DNA of 64,000 nucleotides from NCBI RefSeq assembly GCF_058153355.1, contig NZ_CM177019.1; one strand, 5' to 3'. Shown piece by piece: positions 53,491 to 64,000 of this stretch (position 1 is its first letter; each line of letters starts with the position of its first letter). The notes under the pieces were generated by a model. It saw only the letters and a program-made list of their open reading frames with translations, ran no database searches and was not told where the DNA came from. The position numbers and the translations under genes were made by a program.

Positions 53491-55992
53491 ATGGCCCTGA
53501 TTGTGGAATTTATTTGTGAGCTACCTAACGGCGTACATGCGCGTCCGGCAAGCCACGTTGAAACGCTGTGTAATACTTTTTCATCACAAATTGAGTGGCA
53601 TAACCTGCGCACTGACCGCAAGGGCAACGCCAAAAGCGCCCTTGCGCTGATTGGCACCGATACGCTGGTGGGCGATAACTGCCAGTTACTGATTTCCGGG
53701 GCCGACGAGCAGGAAGCGCACCAGCGTTTAAGCCAATGGCTGCGCGATGAATTCCCCCACTGCGACGCGCCGCTGGCGGAAGTAAAATCTGACGAACTGG
53801 AGCCGCTGCCGGTATCATTAACCAACCTGAATCCGCGTATTATCCGCGCCCGCACCGTATGCAGTGGTAGCGCAGGCGGCATTCTGACGCCAATCTCTTC
53901 TTTAGATCTCAACGCGCTGGGTAACCTCCCCGCAACCAACGGCGTTGACGCCGAGCAATCCGCGCTGGAAAACGGCCTGACACTGGTACTGAAAAATATT
54001 GAGTTTCGTCTGCTGGATAGCGACGGTGCTACCAGCGCGATTCTGGAAGCGCACCGCTCCCTGGCTGGCGATACTTCCCTGCGCGAACATTTACTGGCAG
54101 GCGTCAACGCCGGATTAAGCTGCGCCGAAGCAATTGTCGCCAGTGCGAATCACTTTTGCGAAGAGTTCGCCCGTTCCAGCAGCAGCTACCTGCAAGAACG
54201 CGCGCTGGATGTGCGCGATGTCTGCTTCCAGTTACTCCAGCAAATCTACGGCGAGAAACGCTTTCCGGCACCGGGCAAGCTAACGCAGCCCGCCATTTGT
54301 ATGGCGGATGAACTGACCCCTAGCCAGTTCCTCGAACTGGATAAAAATCACCTCAAAGGATTGTTGCTCAAAAGCGGCGGCACCACCTCACACACGGTGA
54401 TCCTTGCCCGTTCGTTCAACATTCCGACGCTGGTTGGTGTGGATATTGATGCCCTTACTCCGTGGCAGCATCAAACGATTTATATCGACGGCAACGCTGG
54501 GGCGATTGTGGTTGAGCCTGGAGAAGCCGTAGCCCGTTATTATCAGCAAGAAGCCCGCGTACAGAACGCCCTTCGTGAGCAACAGCGTGTCTGGCTGACC
54601 CAACAAGCCCGTACCGCTGACGGTATCCGCATTGAAATTGCCGCTAACATCGCTCACTCCGTCGAAGCGCAGGCCGCATTCGGCAATGGTGCGGAAGGCG
54701 TTGGTTTGTTCCGCACTGAAATGCTCTATATGGATCGCACCAGTGCACCGGGCGAAAGCGAGCTGTACAACATTTTTTGTCAGGCGCTGGAGTCCGCCAA
54801 CGGACGCAGCATTATTGTGCGCACTATGGATATTGGCGGTGACAAACCCGTTGATTATCTGAATATTCCCGCAGAGGCAAACCCGTTCCTCGGTTATCGC
54901 GCCATGCGTATTTATGAAGAGTACGCGTCGTTATTTACCACGCAGCTACGATCGATCCTGCGCGCCTCCGCTCATGGCAGCCTGAAAATCATGATCCCGA
55001 TGATCTCTTCAATGGAAGAGATCTTATGGGTGAAAGAAAAACTGGCGGAAGCTAAACAGCAGCTGCGTAACGAACACATTCCGTTTGATGAGAAGATCCA
55101 GCTCGGTATCATGCTTGAGGTGCCGTCAGTAATGTTCATCATTGATCAATGCTGTGAAGAGATTGATTTCTTTAGTATTGGTAGTAATGACCTGACGCAA
55201 TATCTGCTGGCAGTGGATCGCGATAACGCTAAGGTAACTCGTCACTACAACAGCCTGAATCCGGCATTCTTACGAGCGCTTGATTACGCCGTGCAGGCAG
55301 TGCATCGCCAGGGCAAATGGATTGGTCTGTGCGGTGAACTGGGGGCGAAAGGTTCCGTGCTGCCGTTGCTGGTCGGTTTAGGGCTGGATGAGTTGAGCAT
55401 GAGTGCACCGTCAATTCCGGCGGCGAAAGCGCGAATGGCGCAACTTGATAGCCGCGAATGCCGCCAGTTGCTCAACCAGGCAATGGCCTGCCGTACTTCG
55501 CTGGAAGTGGAACACCTGCTGGCACAATTCCGCATGACGCAACAGGACGCACCGTTGGTCACCGCCGAGTGCATCACGCTGGAAAGCGACTGGCGCAGCA
55601 AAGAAGAAGTGCTCAAAGGCATGACCGATAACCTGCTGCTGGCGGGCCGCTGCCGCTATCCGCGTAAACTGGAAGCCGACTTGTGGGCGCGCGAGGCCGT
55701 TTTCTCTACCGGTCTGGGCTTTAGTTTTGCCATTCCACACAGCAAATCAGAACACATTGAGCAGTCCACCATCAGCGTGGCGCGTCTGCAAGCGCCAGTG
55801 CGCTGGGGCGATGATGAAGCACAATTCATCATTATGTTAACCCTTAACAAACACGCTGCCGGCGATCAGCATATGCGCATTTTCTCGCGCCTCGCTCGCC
55901 GCATCATGCACGAAGAATTCCGTAACGCGCTGGTTAACGCCGCCTCTGCCGACGCTATCGCCAGCCTGCTGCAACATGAACTGGAACTGTAA
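53491..55992 (+). CDS. ptsA: multiphosphoryl transfer protein (HPr-EI-EIIA fusion)
   Basis: 833-aa ORF with HPr-like N-terminus and Enzyme I PEP-utilising domain. Confidence 0.92.
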   Translation: MALIVEFICELPNGVHARPASHVETLCNTFSSQIEWHNLRTDRKGNAKSALALIGTDTLVGDNCQLLISGADEQEAHQRLSQWLRDEFPHCDAPLAEVKSDELEPLPVSLTNLNPRIIRARTVCSGSAGGILTPISSLDLNALGNLPATNGVDAEQSALENGLTLVLKNIEFRLLDSDGATSAILEAHRSLAGDTSLREHLLAGVNAGLSCAEAIVASANHFCEEFARSSSSYLQERALDVRDVCFQLLQQIYGEKRFPAPGKLTQPAICMADELTPSQFLELDKNHLKGLLLKSGGTTSHTVILARSFNIPTLVGVDIDALTPWQHQTIYIDGNAGAIVVEPGEAVARYYQQEARVQNALREQQRVWLTQQARTADGIRIEIAANIAHSVEAQAAFGNGAEGVGLFRTEMLYMDRTSAPGESELYNIFCQALESANGRSIIVRTMDIGGDKPVDYLNIPAEANPFLGYRAMRIYEEYASLFTTQLRSILRASAHGSLKIMIPMISSMEEILWVKEKLAEAKQQLRNEHIPFDEKIQLGIMLEVPSVMFIIDQCCEEIDFFSIGSNDLTQYLLAVDRDNAKVTRHYNSLNPAFLRALDYAVQAVHRQGKWIGLCGELGAKGSVLPLLVGLGLDELSMSAPSIPAAKARMAQLDSRECRQLLNQAMACRTSLEVEHLLAQFRMTQQDAPLVTAECITLESDWRSKEEVLKGMTDNLLLAGRCRYPRKLEADLWAREAVFSTGLGFSFAIPHSKSEHIEQSTISVARLQAPVRWGDDEAQFIIMLTLNKHAAGDQHMRIFSRLARRIMHEEFRNALVNAASADAIASLLQHELEL

Positions 55993-56003
55993 AAGGAAAC
56001 ATC

Positions 56004-56666
56004 ATGGAACTGTATCTGGACACCGCTAACGTCGCAGAAGTCGAACGTCTGGCACGCATATTCCCGATTGCCGGGGTAACAACTAACCCGAGCATTATCG
56101 CGGCCAGCAAGGAGTCCATCTGGGAAGTGCTGCCGCGTTTGCAAAAAGCGATTGGTGATGAGGGTATTTTGTTTGCTCAGACCATGAGTCGTGACGCGCA
56201 GGGGATGGTGGAAGAAGCGAAGCGCCTGCGCGACGCCATTCCGGGCATCGTGGTGAAAATCCCGGTGACTTCCGAAGGTCTGGCCGCCATTAAGATGCTG
56301 AAAAAAGAGGGTATTACTACACTTGGCACCGCTGTATATAGCGCCGCACAAGGGTTATTAGCCGCGCTGGCAGGGGCAAAATATGTTGCTCCGTATGTTA
56401 ACCGCGTCGACGCCCAGGGCGGTGACGGCATTCGTACGGTTCAGGAGCTGCAAGCGCTGTTGGAAATGCACGCGCCAGAAAGCATGGTGCTGGCTGCCAG
56501 CTTTAAAACACCGCGTCAGGCGCTGGATTGTTTGCTGGCAGGATGTGAGTCCATCACCCTACCCTTAGATGTAGCGCAACAAATGCTCAACACTCCTGCG
56601 GTAGAGTCGGCTATAGAGAAGTTTGAGCACGACTGGAATGCCGCATTTGGCACTACTCATCTCTAA
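56004..56666 (+). CDS. fsaB: fructose-6-phosphate aldolase 2
   Basis: 220-aa [34 protein letters not shown]... Confidence 0.93.
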   Translation: MELYLDTANVAEVERLARIFPIAGVTTNPSIIAASKESIWEVLPRLQKAIGDEGILFAQTMSRDAQGMVEEAKRLRDAIPGIVVKIPVTSEGLAAIKMLKKEGITTLGTAVYSAAQGLLAALAGAKYVAPYVNRVDAQGGDGIRTVQELQALLEMHAPESMVLAASFKTPRQALDCLLAGCESITLPLDVAQQMLNTPAVESAIEKFEHDWNAAFGTTHL

Positions 56667-56676
56667 AGGAGCAATT

Positions 56677-57780
56677 ATGGACCGCATTATTCAATCACCG
56701 GGTAAATACATCCAGGGCGCAGATGTCATTAATCGTCTGGGCGAGTACCTGAAGCCGCTGGCAGAACGCTGGTTAGTGGTGGGTGACAAATTTGTTTTAG
56801 GTTTTGCTCAATCCACTGTCGAGAAAAGCTTTAAAGATGCTGGACTGGTAGTAGAAATTGCGCCGTTTGGCGGTGAATGTTCGCAAAATGAGATCGACCG
56901 TCTGCGTGGCATCGCGGAGACTGCGCAGTGTGGCGCAATTCTCGGTATCGGTGGCGGAAAAACCCTCGATACTGCCAAAGCGCTGGCACATTTCATGGGT
57001 GTTCCGGTAGCGATCGCACCGACTATTGCCTCTACCGACGCACCGTGCAGCGCGCTGTCTGTTATCTACACCGATGATGGTGAGTTTGACCGCTATTTGC
57101 TGTTGCCAAATAACCCGAATATGGTCATTGTCGACACCAAAATCGTCGCGGGCGCACCTGCACGTCTGTTAGCGGCGGGTATCGGCGATGCGCTGGCGAC
57201 CTGGTTTGAAGCGCGTGCTTGCTCTCGTAGCGGTGCGACCACAATGGCGGGCGGTAAGTGTACTCAGGCAGCGCTGGCGCTGGCTGAACTGTGCTACAAC
57301 ACGCTGCTGGAAGAAGGCGAAAAAGCGATGCTTGCCGCCGAACAGCATGTAGTAACTCCAGCACTGGAACGCGTGATTGAAGCGAACACCTATTTGAGCG
57401 GCGTTGGCTTTGAAAGCGGTGGGCTGGCGGCGGCGCACGCGGTGCATAACGGCCTGACTGCAATCCCTGATGCCCATCACTATTATCATGGTGAAAAAGT
57501 GGCATTCGGTACGCTGACGCAGCTGGTTCTGGAAAATGCGCCGGTGGAAGAAATCGAAACCGTAGCTGCACTTAGCCATGCGGTAGGTTTGCCAATAACC
57601 CTCGCTCAACTGGATATTAAAGAAGATGTCCCGGCGAAAATGCGGATTGTGGCAGAAGCGGCATGTGCAGAAGGTGAAACCATCCACAACATGCCTGGCG
57701 GCGCGACGCCAGATCAGGTTTACGCCGCACTGCTGGTAGCCGACCAGTACGGTCAGCGTTTCCTGCAAGAGTGGGAATAA
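56677..57780 (+). CDS. gldA: glycerol dehydrogenase (start at [16 protein letters not shown])
   Basis: 367-aa iron-containing ADH-family ORF. Confidence 0.93.
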   Translation: MDRIIQSPGKYIQGADVINRLGEYLKPLAERWLVVGDKFVLGFAQSTVEKSFKDAGLVVEIAPFGGECSQNEIDRLRGIAETAQCGAILGIGGGKTLDTAKALAHFMGVPVAIAPTIASTDAPCSALSVIYTDDGEFDRYLLLPNNPNMVIVDTKIVAGAPARLLAAGIGDALATWFEARACSRSGATTMAGGKCTQAALALAELCYNTLLEEGEKAMLAAEQHVVTPALERVIEANTYLSGVGFESGGLAAAHAVHNGLTAIPDAHHYYHGEKVAFGTLTQLVLENAPVEEIETVAALSHAVGLPITLAQLDIKEDVPAKMRIVAEAACAEGETIHNMPGGATPDQVYAALLVADQYGQRFLQEWE

Positions 57781-57784
57781 TCTA

Positions 57785-57970
57785 TGCCAAACTCCCGGCT
57801 TGTCCGGGAGTTTGAACGCAAAATTGCCTGATGCGCTACGCTTATCAGGCCTACGAAATATCTGCAATGCATTGAATTTACGTGTTTTTTATGTCTGACA
57901 AGGCGTTCAAGCCGCATCCGGCACTCTGTGCCATTAATCTGATACTCCCACGTTGTTCGGGAGTTTTTAT
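57785..57970. repeat. BIME/REP cluster between gldA and yijF (two REP units plus two related short hairpins)
   Basis: GCCTGATGCGCTACGCTTATCAGGCCTAC and TGTCTGACAAGGCGTTCAAGCCGCATCCGGCA palindromic units; hairpins AAACTCCCGGCTTGTCCGGGAGTTT and ACTCCCACGTTGTTCGGGAGTTTTT. Confidence 0.75.
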
Positions 57971-58051
57971 CCGCTTCTGGACATTTTCTCCACAGAACAA
58001 TCGTTAGCCCGGAAGGTCGAATCTGTGAATATTTTTTCACGGACGAAACAG

Positions 58052-58669
58052 ATGAAAGCTTCACTGGCGTTGTTCAGTCTTCTGACGGTATTTACCAGTT
58101 ACTCCTTAAAATCTCCCGCTGTTCTACCAACCGTGGTACAAATCCAGGCCAACACCAATCTTGCCATCGCAGACGGTGCCAGACAGCAAATTGGCAGCAC
58201 GCTATTTTACGATCCGGCGTATGTGCAGCTTACTTATCCTGGCGGTGATGTCCCACAAGAACGCGGTGTATGTTCCGATGTGGTGATCCGCGCCCTGCGC
58301 AGCCAGAAGGTCGATTTGCAAAAACTGGTTCACGAAGATATGGCGAAGAATTTTGCCGATTATCCGCAAAAGTGGAAGTTAAAGCGCCCGGACAGCAACA
58401 TCGATCACCGTCGGGTGCCTAATCTGGAAACCTGGTTTACCCGCCACGATAAAACACGCCCCACCAGCAAAAACGCCAGTGACTACCAAGCGGGCGATAT
58501 TGTCTCCTGGCGATTAGATAATGGGCTGGCGCATATCGGAGTGGTGTCAGATGGCTTTGCCCGCGACGGTACGCCGCTGGTGATACATAACATTGGCGCA
58601 GGCGCGCAGGAAGAAGACGTGCTGTTTAGCTGGCGGATGGTGGGGCATTATCGGTATTTTGCTAAATAA
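58052..58669 (+). CDS. yijF: DUF1287 family secreted protein (start at MKASLALFSLL)
   Basis: 205-aa ORF with signal peptide. Confidence 0.85.
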   Translation: MKASLALFSLLTVFTSYSLKSPAVLPTVVQIQANTNLAIADGARQQIGSTLFYDPAYVQLTYPGGDVPQERGVCSDVVIRALRSQKVDLQKLVHEDMAKNFADYPQKWKLKRPDSNIDHRRVPNLETWFTRHDKTRPTSKNASDYQAGDIVSWRLDNGLAHIGVVSDGFARDGTPLVIHNIGAGAQEEDVLFSWRMVGHYRYFAK

Positions 58670-58693
58670 GCGCTCGCCCCACCTGTAAAAAAT

Positions 58694-59602
58694 TCAGATC
58701 CTTTTTACGCTGACGGCTTCTTTTTTCTTACGGCTCACCAGCGCCAGTGCCAGCACAATCAGCACAATACCGCTGCCTTCAACCGCGCCGGGATTTTCAC
58801 CGAGCAGCCACCAGGAAAAGAGTACGCCGCAAACGGGAACCGCCAGCGTACTTAAGCTGGCGATACTGGCGGGCAAGTTTTTCAGCACAAACAACCATAA
58901 GCTCCAGGCCAGCGCCCAGAATACGGTGGGCTGCCAGTCAATTTCACGTTGCGGCACCAGTAAAGCGACCGCACTCATCACCAGCGCCGCATACAACATC
59001 TGCCAAGATGTTAACGACAATAAATCTACGCGCGGATGACGGGCGTAAAGGCGTTTAGCGACAATGGCACTCGCCCCCCAACTGACACCAGAGAGGATCG
59101 CCAGCATGGCGCTTTTCATCGAAGAGAAATCGAGTTGCCACGGCTGCAACACCAAAAATAAGCCGAAAGCGGCAATCAGAATCGCCAAATATTGCCCGCG
59201 TCGCAGGCGTTCACCGAGAAACAACGCGGCGAAAATCACCACCCAGAATGGCATGGTATAGCTCAGGATTGCCACCTTCCCTGCTCCGCCGCTCACCAGC
59301 GCCCACTGCGCCAGGCCAACCATCCCGCAGGTTTGTAACAGGGCAATGGCTAAGGTGTATTTAAAGGGCGTCGGGCGCATGCCGCGACCGCGTAATAAAA
59401 GGACGATGAATAAAACGAGAGCGCCGAAAATGCAGCGTAAAGCGGTAAAGTCGAAGGCACCGATGTAGCTGGTGACTTGCTTCATGAAAATCCAGCTATA
59501 ACTCCAGATAAGTGTGAGCACAACCAGGCCACTGATTGCCAGTGGGTTGCTCTTTCCTGCGGCAGACATGAGAGATCCAGTGTGTAGTTTTCCTGTGGAC
59601 AC
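58694..59602 (-). CDS. yijE: EamA/DMT-family transporter
   Basis: approx 300-aa polytopic membrane ORF; exact start codon uncertain. Confidence 0.85.
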   Translation of the reverse strand: MSTGKLHTGSLMSAAGKSNPLAISGLVVLTLIWSYSWIFMKQVTSYIGAFDFTALRCIFGALVLFIVLLLRGRGMRPTPFKYTLAIALLQTCGMVGLAQWALVSGGAGKVAILSYTMPFWVVIFAALFLGERLRRGQYLAILIAAFGLFLVLQPWQLDFSSMKSAMLAILSGVSWGASAIVAKRLYARHPRVDLLSLTSWQMLYAALVMSAVALLVPQREIDWQPTVFWALAWSLWLFVLKNLPASIASLSTLAVPVCGVLFSWWLLGENPGAVEGSGIVLIVLALALVSRKKKEAVSVKRI

Positions 59603-59662
59603 TATACGCTGGTAAAGAAACTTCAGCGACTGCCAGACAGACAGTCGCTGAAGAAGGTCAGA

Positions 59663-61990
<2,328 letters not shown>

Positions 61991-62171
61991 TTGATTATGT
62001 CCGAATTCGGACAAATGCTTTATAAAAAAGGGTTTTAGCTTCCTATTCTTCAAGGAAGGAGGGCGAAAACAAAGCTGACAACCTTATTTTTCCGCCCTCA
62101 TTTCGAGGCAGCATTTTGTGCTCTGTTTAAAATTTGTGATCACAGTGTGATTTTCACAAAAGGCACACTAT

Positions 62172-63065
<894 letters not shown>

Positions 63066-63101
63066 TTACCTCATCAATCGCTTGTAGTTATATGTTGTGT
63101 T

Positions 63102-63133
63102 GTGCACATCTATCCGTTTAGACGTCCAGATGT
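63102..63133 (-). promoter_or_regulatory. metF operator: tandem MetJ boxes (ACATCTGG ACGTCTAA ACGGATAG ATGTGCAC on minus strand)
   Basis: Four tandem 8-bp repeats related to AGACGTCT consensus, upstream of metF. Confidence 0.7.
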
Positions 63134-63415
63134 AAAGATGAAGGAAAAGCTGAAGGGCGTCAACCGAAAAATGACCAATGATGGTGAGGAAAAATCAGGG
63201 AAGATGAAAAAAATTCAGGATAAAGGCCAAAGTTCCTCGTACCTGAACATGTGGAATATACCTCATTTAAGATGATATTTATTTGTTTAATTATTTTTTC
63301 TATTAACCGGTGCAACGAGTGTTAAAGCGTGTAATTTTAGGATTATATCAATAGTCACGGTTATACAAACAGTGATAATTTATGAAATAATTTTATTTAC
63401 CAGAGGAATAGCGCA

Positions 63416-64000
63416 TGTATCTTAATACTCAAGTTCAATATAATAAGTTAAATAAAGATGAAAAAAAGATCCTGTTGTTACAAAAGCTAGCCCATTTAAC
63501 TGATTTTACTTTTGACAGAATAGAGACATTTTCAGCATTTGGACAATCTACTGAAACAGGTGTTTTTAAATATAAAGATGGCAATGAATTTGTTGTTGTC
63601 CCCGGGGATACAGTAATATTAGGGTGGGATGCCAGTCTCAATAATATGGATGGTCCGACAAAACAAGAATTTGAAGAGATGTTGGAACCAGAAGGTTTAG
63701 ATTTGAATAATTATCTCACCGACTCTTGCACACCTGTCAGGAAGGTTACAATTTCCCCGATGCTGGTTGAAAGAAACGTTCACGCCGAACCAAGTTGGAA
63801 GGAAGTATCTCTTACGGACCCCCGCATCACAGAGAACAGCATGCTGCAAAAATTTCTGTCTGATTATATGGAAAAAATTAATCCTGGAGTTCACGAATTA
63901 AACGCAAGATTGAAATTACAATATATAGATGGGGATTTATTTGCACAAATATATGAATCAATTAGCTATGATGAGTTACTTCAAAATATCCAAAGCAATA
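63416..64000 (+). CDS. hypothetical protein, 3'-truncated by window end (at least 195 codons, AT-rich codon usage, no recognisable motif)
   Basis: Open frame from ATG at 63416 (SD AGAGGAATAGCGCATG) with no stop to the end of the window; lies in AT-rich DNA where K-12 has metL on the opposite strand. Confidence 0.55.

Noticed and set aside
62120-62160. TGTGA...TCACA-rich palindrome (AAATTTGTGATCACAGTGTGATTTTCACAAAA) between katG and metF resembling a CRP site
   Set aside because: Spacing does not fit the TGTGA-N6-TCACA CRP consensus cleanly. Its position just 3' of the metF stop makes a terminator-like hairpin the simpler explanation.

Overview
This window is an Escherichia coli-type chromosomal segment, collinear with the K-12 thiG-to-metF region (about 89-90 min) in reverse orientation. 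Gene calls were made by recognising the translated ORFs and RNA sequences from memory of E. coli K-12; no database search was run, and all comparisons to K-12 are from recall. Almost all of it is intact core genome: thiGH, rpoCB, rplLJAK, nusG-secE, tufB with the thrU-tyrU-glyT-thrT tRNA cluster, coaA, birA-murB, the complete rrnB operon, murI-btuB, trmA, yijD-fabR, sthA, oxyR/oxyS, argHBC/argE, ppc, eptC, yijO, the frw/pfl cluster, ptsA-fsaB-gldA, yijF, yijE, katG and metF. No CRISPR array, prophage or recognisable defence system is present. Departures from the K-12 arrangement are: (1) an AT-rich segment beyond the metF promoter where metL is expected, carrying an unrecognised ORF that runs off the window end; (2) a two-gene accessory module (ManD/RspA-family dehydratase plus MFS transporter) between oxyS and argH; (3) a complete IS4 inserted into the coaA/birA shared terminator with a 12-bp target duplication; (4) a 186-nt 23S-5S spacer in rrnB that shares a roughly 100-nt ERIC-like segment with the rplJ leader; (5) a single terminator after 5S; (6) no yjaZ between rpoC and thiH. 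The most promising lead for something new is the truncated ORF at the right edge, but its function cannot be judged from this window.
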